From Takakia lepidozioides (Eukaryota > Plantae > Bryophyta): a DNA stretch of 64,000 nt. The DNA lies in contig CM060732.1 of the NCBI GenBank assembly GCA_030704615.1, positions 81,530,001 through 81,594,000 of the forward strand, written 5' to 3'. Of the stretch, positions 1 to 12,220 are shown piece by piece; the first letter of the stretch is position 1; every line of letters begins with the position of its first letter. The notes under the pieces were generated by a model. That model saw only the letters and a program-made list of their open reading frames with translations. It made no database searches and was not told the DNA's origin. Both the position numbers and the translations under genes were made by a program.

Positions 1-42
1 CAGCGTAGAAGAATACCAAACAAAGGTAGATGCAATAGTTAC

Positions 43-410
43 CTGGAGCTTTGCCTCACCCAAATGTGCCTTCAGGCTCTACACCCAACACAGTCCATCT
101 TCCCCTTCAGCATCAGGACTTTGGTAGCTAGCTTGCAGAATCAAAGGAAGGCAGACAATTTTTTTGATAATCAGCTCCACAAGCTATCACAAACCGCAAT
201 ATCTAAAATGAAAGCACCCAAATGTAGTCTTCAAGAGGTGAGCAAGAGATGCATTCATCATCTTTCCTACAGACAGTACCATAGGTCGGCAATAGTTCAA
301 GGGAACATGAAGTGAAGGCCAAAGGAGGGACATAAACAGACCTGATTGCCAATAAGTTCCCCATTCTTGTGAGCCACAAGCCCATTCTCTGAAAAGACAT
401 AATCATACTC
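43..410 (-). pseudogene. PMM: Phosphomannomutase gene fragment: two internal exons (410-342, 78-43), continuing off the left edge and apparently 5'-truncated
   Basis: Minus strand gives EYDYVFSENGLVAHKNGELIGNQ|GT...AG|SLKAHLGEAKLQ|GT, matching the conserved plant PMM stretch (DYVFSENGLVAHK.G..IG.QSLK.HLG..KL). There is no AG acceptor at the expected position upstream of 410, and no upstream PMM exons were seen. Confidence 0.8.
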
Positions 411-589
411 AAATTCCCGTGAAATTTCCCGGAAATTTCCACAACGAAATGAAATTGACGAAATTAACAATTATGCGAAACTAACACATAAAGAACAAAT
501 AGCCCCTATACCTGATGGACATTAACCCCTATAGGCGCGATTTTTTCTCCATAAGCTCAATTTTAAGGTCATTTCCCTTGCCAACAAAA

Positions 590-840
590 AAGAAAAAAAA
601 ACCATGCATTGCGAAAATCCGCCTGAGAAACAATCAGATTGTGGCCCCACACATACACACACGGAAAAAAAGAAAAAAAAAAGAAAAAAACCATGGATAA
701 TTTTGCCTTGCAAAAATCCGCTTGAGAAACAATCAGATTGTGGCCCGACACATACACACGGAAAAAGAAAGAAAGAAAAAGAAACCATGGATAATTTCGC
801 AATGCGAAATCCCGCCTGAGAAGCAATCAGATTGTGGCTA
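590..840. repeat. ~95-bp tandem repeat, about 2.6 copies
   Basis: The unit ACCATG...AAATCCGCCTGAGAAACAATCAGATTGTGGC...CACATACACACGG-A-rich recurs at ~601, ~691 and ~785. Confidence 0.85.
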
Positions 841-1500
841 AAAGGACGAATAGGTCAATTTTAAAGCCCCCACCCATTCCTTTTGGATGTAGGATTTTTG
901 GGTGACGGGACTTTTCCGTGCAAACCCACCGCTTGCTTAGTTTGTTCCCATATCACCAAGTATTTCTTAGTGCAAATTTCACCACGGGTTAGTTTGTGCC
1001 CATATCACCAAGTGTTTCTCAATGCGAAATTCAATGCCACCACTATCGGTTTAGGGGTTTTGGCTACACTACTGAAGGTTTCGCCTTGCTGAGTTGGCAC
1101 ATATGTACTGTACAAATGCACCAGTTTTCTATACCCGCTTATGGTTTTAGTCCGTGTTGAAAACATATAACTACTATGACCAAGGTTTAACATTATAAAC
1201 TCCCATGACCATGGGTTGTGCTCACAGGATACCAAACCCCAAAAAATTTAGTAACCGCAACCGCAGGTTATTAGTTTCCAAAATTTTGATGCAACTGGAA
1301 CCGCCGGTTATGAAAAAAATCAAATAACCGCCCAACACTCGATTTGACCCATCAACATAATCGGCCATCCCAGCCGATTCGGCAGTACACCCTGGGTGGC
1401 TGTGGCCGATTCGGCCTGAGAATTAGTCTTAAAAAGCGGCCGAATACTCCACACGAGAGACCCCCGACGGCCCATGTGTAGTCGTGTAGACACCGCTCAC

Positions 1501-1860
1501 CCCACACAACGGGCAATTGCACTCTCCCTTTCCTCTCTGCTTCTGTTTGCTGTTCAAAGGTAGGCTTCCTGCCCTGAGTTTAAATTTCAGTCTAGTGCCG
1601 AGAGTGGGTAGACCCTTGAGGTCATCCAAGATGTCCTCCCCCATGTCACAGACTGGAAACAAGTTCAGGGAAGTTTTCTGCCTAACTTCATTTTCATCAG
1701 ACAATCTCATGGCAATAGACATGGCTGAGGACACTACAGCCTCTAAGTCAGATTTATCTAGCAGTGTCAAGACTTGCGGATCCAGGTCCAGATCCTTGAG
1801 GATCTCTTCTACTCTCTTCTGCCAGGACTTAGCCTGATGACAGGGCGGTCCTGTTTCCAA
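1501..1860 (-). mobile_element. LINE ORF2 3' fragment (same family as 12221-14951)
   Basis: Near-identical to 14353-14585 (VSSAMS.AMRLSDENEVRQKTSLNLFPV...KLRAGSLPLN...CNCPLCG). Confidence 0.9.
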
Positions 1861-1896
1861 GATATAGAGTCGATTAACTTAGGAGAGAAATGTCAA

Positions 1897-1963
1897 GGTA
1901 GCAGGATTTGACCCCAGAATCATCTCGGTGGCACTCAGTGCACTATCCAACTGAGCTGCATAC
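1897..1963 (-). other. tRNA-derived Pol III module (SINE head or tRNA relic)
   Basis: Minus-strand A box CAGCTCAGTTGG (1958-1947) and B-box-like GGGTCAAATCC (1914-1904) at tRNA-like spacing. No convincing cloverleaf. Confidence 0.5.
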
Positions 1964-2639
1964 TGTCGGTAAAATTTTAGAACCATTCAAACCGAATAGC
2001 GAGAGCGGTGACAAGTACGTAGCGCACTAATACCGCCTGAACTCGTTCACTATGCCTTAATACACGTGGCCTTACTACATAAGCCCCCCACTCTAATTCC
2101 TAGGCCACAGTAATTCCTGGCCCACTTTAGAATGAACAGGGCCCTAATGAAACTGCTCTACATATATACAGCTCCATTGGTCCCGTGACAGTACCTGATT
2201 TATAATTCCATTTAAAAATATATTATCCCTACCGTTGAGGGGGTTGGCTTGTGGCTGTGCACACCCAAATGAGTCAAAACTCAGTACACCGGATACAACG
2301 TTATCGCAAATCAAAAACTGAAAATACTAGAGTACTATACCTACTTGAGACTAGAGTGAGTCATACCTTACCGCCATAGCTAGCAGCTGGGAAGGTGCCC
2401 AGGAAGCACAGAGATGAGAGACGCGAGGGAGAGATTTCGTATGAACAGTCATATGAAGATGTTGGGTTGTGAGCAACCCATAGCTTGACAGTGTTGGTTG
2501 GCAGCTACAGCGAATTGTGACTAGTGGAAGTGTAATTCACAGCAGTATTTACATCCGAGCTGTAGCTTAGAGTGCCCCCACGGCTAAGAGATCACCACAC
2601 ACTGGTGGCCTTCTCCTAGTAGAGAAGCGTCTGTCATCC

Positions 2640-5328
2640 ATGGCTTCCATGTTTGATGGAGTTGCTTACTGGATAGCTGCTGTTTCCATAGCCTGGGTGG
2701 CATGGTTCTTTGTGTATCGCGCCCAACAAATGAGGAGGAAGGGCCCCCGTCAATGGCCTGTACTGGGTAGCGTGATCGAGATCCAGCGCAACTTTGGCCG
2801 CCTTCATGACTGGAATTTAGAGTATTTCAAAGATGGCACAAAAACCTACAGCTTCCAAAGCGCAGTTGCCACCGTGATAAACACTGTGGATCCTGACAAC
2901 GTGGAGTACATGCTGAAAAGTAACTTCGCAAATTATGGCAAGGTATGTATAACACCATTTGTGCTGCACCTCTGTGTTGGCAAGGTTGCTAGGACCCAAT
3001 CCGATAGCAGATGGTTTTGAACAGCTTGTGAACATTTGCTTTGAAAACTGCAGGGTGGAAATATGCGAGAGCGGATGCAGGATTTCTTGGGTAGTGGGAT
3101 CTTCAATGCAGACGGTGATGTCTGGCGACGGCACCGAAAACTTGCCAGCCTTGAGTTTTCATCACACAAGCTGCGAGATTACAGTACCAAAGCTTTCCGG
3201 GCTGATGCCCTCAACCTTCTCAACCTCCTTGACCGGGCCATGTCCCGCCATGAGTCCGTGGACTGTCAGGTGCGCTGGTTGTTTCCATCTATACCATCTC
3301 CCTCACCGGTTGATCGGAAGTATGATAAAGGTATAGAATTTAAACATAGCTTGGTCTAAAGTGTTGGTTACCATCATGGAAGTATTGATCCCGGCATGTG
3401 CAGGAGCTATTAATGCGTATGACTCTGGATTCGATTTGCAAAGTGGGCTTCGGTGTAGACCTGGGCTGCTGCTCTGCATTAATGCCTGATGTACCATTCG
3501 CATCGGCTTTCGATAAGGTGTCAGAGTTAATATTTGGGCGCCAGGTTTCTTTTACGTGGAAACTACAGCGAGCACTTAATATCGGTCCAGAGAGAGAGCT
3601 GCGGAAGGGACTAGAAGTGTTGGACGCTTTTACTTACAGCGTGATTAAGAATCGCAGGGCTGAAATCAATGAAGCAGAGGCGTCCGGCAAAGAGTTTGTG
3701 AGCTTCTTGCACGTTGCATTGTCTCACAGTTGTTCAATTTCAGAGGCCCTCTGTGAGTAGCATCCCCGGTGCAGTTGGTTATGAAAGTTATTTAGCTTGC
3801 CGGAATTCTCCCGTTTCTGTATTTTGTGGTCCATCGCAGAAAGTATAGCCTCAAAGTAGCTAATAGTCGCAGCAGATTTAGATTGAGTTCCATCACCATG
3901 TGTCTCTTAGATATAAATGAGTATTGATTCAAGCATGTGGGGAGCAGGGTAGGGAGGATCTCTTATCAAGGTTCATGGCTTTCCGAAAGGACCAAGAGGA
4001 TGGGTACAGTGATCGTGACCTACGGGACGCCATCCTCAATTTTGTGATTGCGGGGCGTGACACCACTGCCATCACTTTGTCCTGGTTTTTCTACTGTGTT
4101 TGCTTGAATCCCGAGGTCTCTGCCAAGGTCTATGAGGAGAGCATTGCAGTTCTGGGGAACCAGGGGAGCTACCATGATGTCGCCGAACGGTTGACATTTG
4201 AGGCCGTCAGCAAGATGCACTATCTCCATGCAGCTCTCTCTGAAACTCTCCGTCTGTACCCTGCAGTACCTAGGGTATGGCTGTAGTTTTTCACCTCTGA
4301 ATGGGAATGATGAGCTTGTTATTAGCATCTGTTCACTTATTGTGCAAGGAGGACTGACAGCAGACACAAAAGCATGACAAGTCCATGGAGCCCCTTTGAT
4401 CGTGGCTGCCTGAAACCTCTGTGAATGTCTGTCTGGAAACTTGTCTGTTTTCGACTCCATGTGTTTGTTAGTTTTCAGTTAATTTGTCTATTCCTCCTCC
4501 TTTCCGTTGGTATCAATTGGCAATGGCTTACTATGGGCTGTACAGTGCAGGATGCCAAGTTGGCACATGCAGATGATGTGCTGCCTGATGGAACAAAAGT
4601 GAGAAAGGGAGACGTGCTTGTATATGTTCCGTACGCAATGGGGCGGATGGCTGCTCTGTGGGGCGCGGACGCACTGCAGTTCAAGCCTGAACGTTGGCTT
4701 AAAAATGGCGTCTTCCAGCCTGAATCACCCTATAAGTTCACTGCTTTCCAGGTGTGACTTTTCTTTCTAGTGGCTACTTCTCTCAGGTGTAGACCAAGGT
4801 GACAAAAACACACCAGTACTCTGACAGTTCACCACATTATATAGTAAGAATTGTCACAGCATGGGTGCTTTGACTCCCTCCTGCATATCAGATGAAGATG
4901 CTGTCTGTTCTACCTTTCAAAATCATCAAGTGCTTAGTCTAATTTGTTCTTATTACATTGTGATTCCTCAGAGCTTTCTTTCAAGGGTATTTTAAATCTG
5001 CTTCTTCTACTTCAAGCTGAAATTTGGTCAATGTTTTCCTCTTCAGCTGTCAAGGGAACCAGAGTTTATAAACCCATCATAGAGATATTTTAAAATGCAA
5101 TGTCAGATTGTTCATTTGTCTGACGGAATGAAGATGACAAAATGGGTGCAGGCAGGGCCTCGGATGTGTTTAGGCAAGGATTCGGCCTATCTGCAAATGA
5201 AATTAACAGCTGCACTGCTGCTTCGATTTTTCAAATTTGAATTGGTGCCTGGCCATGCAGTCACTTATAAAGTCACTCTTGTGATGCCTATGAAATATGG
5301 CCTTCATGTCCATGTCTCCTGCTGCTGA
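2640..5328 (+). CDS. CYP704B: Cytochrome P450, CYP704B-like fatty-acid omega-hydroxylase, 505 aa; exons 2640-2942, 3054-3269, 3404-3697, 3948-4274, 4551-4751, 5152-5328
   Basis: All introns are GT-AG and phase 0, and the spliced frame is open. Motifs: N-terminal membrane anchor, GIFNADG, AGRDTT, ETLRLYP, FKPERW, and heme motif FQAGPRMCLGKDSAYLQMK typical of CYP704B. Confidence 0.93.
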
Positions 5329-6130
5329 GAATGTGCACAAGCTTTTCATGAAGAGAAAAGAGGATGATGATGGTATGTTACACCCATTGTACAACCTTGG
5401 TGTGACTGGTAGATTGTCAGGATGTCTCATTCTCTCCGCCAGGATCTTCCATGTGGATGGCCAAAACCCATGGCTTTCCTCACAAAATGGATAGAAACAG
5501 ACATTACAATTTCCATTTCTGCAATATTTCCATCACACAAGGTAACAGATGCTTTCAAGGCGTCTTTATATCCTAAGCAGGGATGTATGAAATCTGTAGC
5601 CTGGAATGCCACCTGCTGGATGCAGTCTTCTTCAGGCTTGCCCTGTTGTCAGACACTGTCAGACTTCTCCCCAAGAAGTAGTTTCTCAATGTGAGCTGAA
5701 GTATCAGCCTATGTTATTTACATTCTTCAAGCTTTGCGTGCAAGTCAATAGAGTGCGCATAAACTTGAGAAAGCAACAACAGTGTAACTGTATGACCACA
5801 TTTTGTTGACCATTTTACTGTTGCCATCGAGTGGTAATCTCAAAGTTGTCAGATGTGTATGTTTGCAAGCTGATTGGAAGCACTCTACGCCAATAATGTG
5901 GAAGAGCACAGGTGGTATGAATAACAGCGGATACTTTACCCGAATTGTTCTTCCCTGCATACACGTTCTAGCCCTTGTAACCCTGCCATTTTTGGCTGAG
6001 GTCTTCGGCTTTCAGGACCTGAAGCGGTTGGCAGCTTACGCCTGTTGAGATACTTCATCGTTGGGTGACATTTAAGCACTGCCAAAAAAAATTGTTTGTA
6101 TTTATCGTGCCATTAAAAAGCAGAATTAAT

Positions 6131-6276
6131 GAGGGTGCATTCCACCTGGCGGAATGCACCCCTCAGCTCCCTCGTGTGCATTCCGCAATGCAGAATGCAC
6201 CGGCCATTAGATTTTTTTTTTAATTTTTTGGCATTTCTTTATGCAGGGTAATGCCCTCCACTCAGGGCATTACCCT
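6131..6276. repeat. Cluster of short perfect inverted repeats (probable TE subterminal region)
   Basis: GGGTGCATTCC/GGAATGCACCC (6133-6161) and AGGGTAATGCCCT/AGGGCATTACCCT (6245-6276). Confidence 0.6.
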
Positions 6277-7942
6277 ATACGTAAAGTTATCTGTAAAATA
6301 CCACAAACTAGGGGTGAGTACCCACAGTTTGGCCAAAATAGGGGACGAGTCATAAACTGGAGATCAAACTAATACAAATAGAAAAACACATAGGATGAAA
6401 CAAGTTTCTTCACCAAAATTCGGAGTCAAACTAGTTTCGTACCTAGTTTGGGTTTTGCCAAGCTGCAGGGCGAGACGCCCTGCGAGACGAAAGAGGAGAG
6501 TATCGTGCACCTAAGCATCGTCCCACAACATACATCGCTGTCCAACCACATTTCCTAGCGTATAGTCCTAGAAAATTATGTCACAATAGAGCCTTCCGAG
6601 CCTCTCTCACCTCCATGGCTCTAGTTCATGAGTAGGAGTGTGTGGGAGTGTTGTATGGTGGATTCTCTTAGAAGGTATCATTGGCTTGACTATTGTAGAG
6701 TGAGATTGTATTTGGAAGGGTTACCATGTGTGTTCTTAATGTGTGTTCTTAGTGTGATGTGGTTTCATGCAAAGAAAGTTTCCATTGCATTCTACTTCTC
6801 TCATTTCTATCTCTTATCATTAGAAGAAGTTGAGCATTCCTAAGCCCCACGTGGAGATAAGTCTCTCCACATCCCAAGTGAGGTTACTTGGCACACGACA
6901 AGAGTCAACAAAATACAAATATAAATGTATAAAATGCTAATTAGTTAGAAATAACTATTTTTAACCAACCTTGACTAAAACCATGATAAGAGTGACAAGA
7001 ATGGAGAGATGCTACGTCCCGTCCCCGACACTCGGATTGGGGATGAAACGCATGTTAAGCCTAAGTGGGGCCAAACTCACTACCAATGTTGAAAATACCA
7101 ACTGGTTCCATAGTACCTATTGGCATATTCACTGAATTTAATATCCGAAGGTACTCAATAACTTAGTACTATGATTGATTTGCGGATGTGTATCAATAGG
7201 ATAAGTATTCCGATCAATCCATGTCTAAATAACTAAAATTAAAGTTAAAATAACAGCCAAATCATTAACATACTTTAACCCTTAAACGCACTCCAGGCCC
7301 AAAACGGGCTTCAGAGCCTACATACTAAAAGGTATATTGATTTTTCAAATGTGCTTCCATTTTCATGAAATTGGTGCCATAAATGGCTCATGTTGTGGAC
7401 TGCCCGGATAGGGCAGCTGATTGCCCTAATTTCAAGTTAAAGCAAAGTTGTCTCATCATCCGGCGAACATGGAGATCAAGTTTTGATGAAAGTAATTATC
7501 TCTTTTTCATGCTAAGATTTTTTCACACATGTGTGAGAAAAGCTCATTGTGAGGGTTTGCCCATGTTTGACCAAATGACAACACCCCATTATATCATTGG
7601 GCCCTACATTCAAGAGTGGTGTTTCATGGATTTGGGGGCTAATGAGATTGGCAGGTAGGTGCAGGAGGATGGTATGATGGTATGCACATAATGTTCTTAA
7701 GGCCCCGGCCACACCTGCCAATTAGTAAGTCAATCAGGTTAGGTAATTGATGTTAGCGGCTAAGAAAGTTAAGTAATCTTCTAAAAGTTAGTTGATTTCC
7801 TTAAGAGATTAAATATTCTGGTGCAAAAGTCAGACTTTGCATTACATGATAATGTTGCAGATTTTAACTTAGTACTCAAAGCGAAGCGACCGCTCTAGTC
7901 ATATCTGTCCCCTCCCTCTCCTCCAAGTATGTTGGTCCTCCC

Positions 7943-9738
7943 TCAGACTTGAGTCTCTCCAGGTGTGCATCTGTGCTCATCCCAGTAGTGACCAGTCATG
8001 CGGCTACTGTTGGCAAGTTGAAACTGGAAAGAATGGTTCTTGTGCACGGGCCATAGCTGGGGGGGGGGGGTGGCTGTAGCTGTTGTATTGGTTGGGGTTA
8101 CCATAGCCTTGGTGTCTTTGTGTTTGCTACGTGCGAAGCACCTTCCCACAGACGGATCAGACACTGATTTATCTGAACCATCAGCTGTTGGTAATTTTGG
8201 GCTCACAGGCTGCTGGGCTCACGGGCTCCTAAAACACTGGTTCATCTCGATCATCACTTGTTGGTACTTTGTTGCATGTTACGAAGTTTCTTTCTTTCTT
8301 TGACTTAGATAGAAGTTGTTATCTCTGTCAATAAATTTTGCATCGGTCTCTCTCCCTCTCTTTGGTAGGAATACTGAAAGACCTGCAGAGAGGAAAGATG
8401 AATTGCAATTGCCCGTTGTGTAGGCAACCCTGTTGAAATTCAACAGTATACAAACATCCTTGAATACAGCTACTGTGACTACAAAATTTAACTCACACAG
8501 CCCAGAAAATGCAACGTTTTATGTTTCATTCAACATCTGAATGTTTTCTTTTTCAAGCTCTTCTTATCGGTTTTAAGACCCGTTCACATTTTCAACTGTG
8601 CAGTGTGAAGGGGAACTCTCAGCTTTGCTCGGCAACATCAGACTTGAATCTCTCCAGGTGTGCATCTATGCTCACCCCAGTAGTGATCAGTCCTGCGGCT
8701 GCTGTTGGTAAGTCAGGAACTGGAAAGAATGATTAACGTGTAGGGGCCATAGCTGCGGGGGTGGCTGGAGCTGTTGTATTGGTTGTATTGGTTGGGGTTA
8801 CCATAGCCTTGGTGTCTTTGTGTTTGTTATGTGCGAAGCGCCTTCCCACAAACGGATCAGACACTAGTTCATCTGAACCATCAGCTGTTGGAAATTCCAA
8901 TTCTTTGTTGCATGTTACGAAGTTTCTTTCTTTCTTTGACTCAGATCTGTCAATAAATTCTGCATCGGTCTCTCTCTCTCTCTTTGGTAGGAATACTGAA
9001 AGACATGCAGAGAGGAAAGATAAATTGCAATTGCCCGTTGTGTGGGCAACCTTGTTGAAAATCAGCAGTATACAAACATACTTGCATACAGCTACTGTGA
9101 ATGTAAATAACTCACACAACCTACAAAAAGCAATGTTTTATGTTTCATTCAACATCTGAATACTTTATTTTCCAAGCTCTTCTTATCAGTTTTAAGACCC
9201 GCAAACTGATGTTCACATTTTCAACTGTGCAGTGTGAAGGGAACACTCAGCTTTGTTCTGCAACATCAGACTTGAGTCTCTCCAGCCGTGCATCTGTGCT
9301 CACCCCAGTAGTGATCAGTCATGCGGCTGCTGTTGGCAAGTCAGGAACTGGAAAGAATGGTTAACGTGCAGGGGCCAAAGCTGCGGGGGTGGCTGGAGCT
9401 GTTGTATTGGTTGGGGTTACCACAGCCTTGGTGTCTTTGTGTTTGCTACGTGCGAAGCGCCTTCCCACAGACGGATCAGACACTGGTTCATCTGAACCAT
9501 CAGCTGTTGGTAATTCCAATTCTCTGTTGCATGTTACGAAGTTTCTTCCTTTCTTTCCGCGGACGTTTTAAAGCACCTTTCATTTCATTTCATTGCATTT
9601 CTTTGATTCAGATAGAAGTTATATTTGTTATCCCTGTCAATAAATTCTACATCGGTCTCTCTTCCTCTCTTTGGTAGGAATCCTGAAAGACATGCAGAGA
9701 GGAAAGAGGAATTGCAATTGCCCGTTGTGTGGGCAACC
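7943..9738 (+). repeat. Three tandem copies of the RLK transmembrane-exon unit
   Basis: Each copy matches 52761-53408. The marker AATTGCAATTGCCCGTTGTG occurs at ~8401, ~9023 and ~9710. Confidence 0.9.
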
Positions 9739-12220
9739 TGAATACAATATTCATTTTCTGATTCATTGTCCTGGGTACTCTCACGAGAGAGACGCCCACT
9801 TCAAATTCATCAAGGGAATTGTGCCTGAACCTCTCTGTTTACCCATTTTGAAAGTCTCAAGGCTGGAAAGTTGATTCATCTGCAGTGGCTGCAGTGGCAG
9901 TTGTAGCCACCTTCTGTGTTTTTAATACATGTTCTGCCGTCTCCCCTATAATTGGGTGCTGTTGTACAAGACCGAGCCAACCAGGCATTTAGTGACTACA
10001 CGACTCAAGAGTCATTTGGTCTGGAATGGATGGAACAGAAAGTGGGAAGCATATCCGTTAGGTCCATCGCGTCTTATGAGTACATTCTGTGTGTGTGTGT
10101 GTTGGTGGGGGGTGTTAAACTCATGGCGGGGAGTCTACCTTTGAACAATAAAAGATGCAGAGAGGAAAGGGAGATTGTTATCGCCTAATGTGTGGGCTGC
10201 CTGAATACAATATCCATTTGCTGAGACATTGTCCAGGGTATTCTCACCAGAGGGTGACCCTCTTCAGGTCCATCAGGAACATTGTTCCTGCACCTCTGTT
10301 CACCAACTGTGAAAATCTCGAGGCTGAGCATAAAGCCCTGGCCTGTTGGGGTCTAATTGCTTTGCAGCTCACACACAGCAGATTGATGCTTGTGTGAAGG
10401 GCTTTGAGTATATCTGGAAAGCCCGAACTAATTGTTTATATCAGGGTAAATGCCACTACCAGAGTGAGCCCCTAACAAAGGTAGTGTCTGTTCCCTCTGT
10501 TCTGCCTAAACTGAGCACGAGGTCTATGGCGACAAGGCTACAACAAACACCGTCTTATGAGTACATTCTGTTTTTGTGTGTGTGTTTCTCAAGGCTACAG
10601 AAAACAACATCTTATGAGTACTTTATTTCCTCTGTGTTTCTCTTCTGGCACAAAGAGAGGGCAAGCGAAGTCAAATGAGTACATTGTCGTGTCTCTCTCT
10701 TTCACATCCTCCCTTCTCTTCCATCAGGTGGTCAAATCCTTTTCTCTTGATCAAGCCTAGATTTTGCTTACAAAGGTACGGGGGAACAGTGGACTGGGTG
10801 AAGGGGCCAGAAGCACCATTGGTTGGAGGTAGGCTGGCCGCAGTTGCGGAATCTCAACGAGCCCGTCAATGCAACCAAGAAATTCAGCTCCAATAATTGA
10901 TAGGGGAGGGTGGATTTGGGCTAGTCTACAAAGGACTTCTTGAAGATGGAACCATTGTGGCCATCAAGAAGCGCACTGGTGGCCCAAACCCAGAGTTTGC
11001 CGATGAGGTTTGTACTCATGCTGTCCAATTTTAAATTTGCTAGGCTTTCTTTGAAACTAGTATGGTCTCATGCCAAACGGACCTCATGTCTACCAGACAG
11101 AGCAGGGATTGGAAGTGATGGTTTTGATTTCGGCTATTGGCAGGCGGGGAGGCTTTCACGAGTGCGGCATAGACATGTGGTGAACTTTTTGGGATTTTGC
11201 CAAGAATCCGAACAACAGATGCTAGTGTTTGTTGATTGTGTCAGATCTGGACTGGTCATGCCATGCTCAACAGTGCTCTGGTGAAACTTGACTTCAAGCA
11301 GAGATTGTCAATTGCCCTTGGGGCAGCTAAGGGTACTGTGCCCTCCTGGTAGGAATGTGTTCAATCATTATGTGGCTGGCCTTCAAGCAGACATTGGCTA
11401 GAGTTCTGTGTCCCTGCTTGTGCCCATACTTCTAGAGTTGCACTCAATACAGGGAGAGAAATGAAATGAAATGATACTTTGTAATGTCTGTGGAAAGCTG
11501 AAACGGAAGAGAAAGCATGAAACAAGAAAGACAGAGGGGCCCCTACAAGCAGCTTAAAAACAATGAGATGCCTCTTGCAGATTTGCTACTAAGAATTTCT
11601 GATCCTCATAATGGAAGACGTCTGTGAGAGCAATAGAAGCTCCCACAGATCTCATAGTAGAGAGGACACTAAAAGACGCAATGTTCTTCTTTCACTGAGA
11701 AAGAGACACAGAAAGAGACTTATACTGTCCACTGAAAGCCTCTTAAGGTTATGGGACGACACAGAAATGAAATGAAATGAAATGGTGCTCTATAACGTCC
11801 GCGGAAAGCTCATAGAGCTTATGGGACAAAATGGAAAGGAAAACATGAGAAATGAAATGAAATGAAATGGTGCTTTATAACGTCCGCGGAAAGCTCATAG
11901 AGCTTATGGGACAAAGTGGAAGGAAGAACATGAGAGAAAATAGGAAAACCAGAGTCAGAGAAAAGAACTATTGGAGTGATTGTCTAAGGGTGAATGCCTC
12001 GTGCAGGTAGGCTGCCAAACATTTCTGATCCTCATAGTGGAAGACTTCAGTGAGAGATTGGGTTCCACGGAATAGACAATGGAATCTCCCACGGATCTCA
12101 TAGTATAGGGGGCAATAGAAGAAGTGTTCTTCAGTTTCAATTTCCTGGTTGCGCCCTGTGCAAGCAGGGCATAGGCGGTCCTCCCGCTGCAGGTTTTCCC
12201 ATCTGCCAGTCTCTATCCGT

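Noticed and set aside
7275-7300. Second piggyBac-like end (TTAACCCTTAAACG; also TTAACCCCT at 522)
   Set aside because: No matching opposite TIR was found.
7868-7942. Missing MAPK N-terminus at the left inversion breakpoint (..VPSLSSKYVGPP)
   Set aside because: Faint resemblance only; no ATG and no GxGxxG loop.
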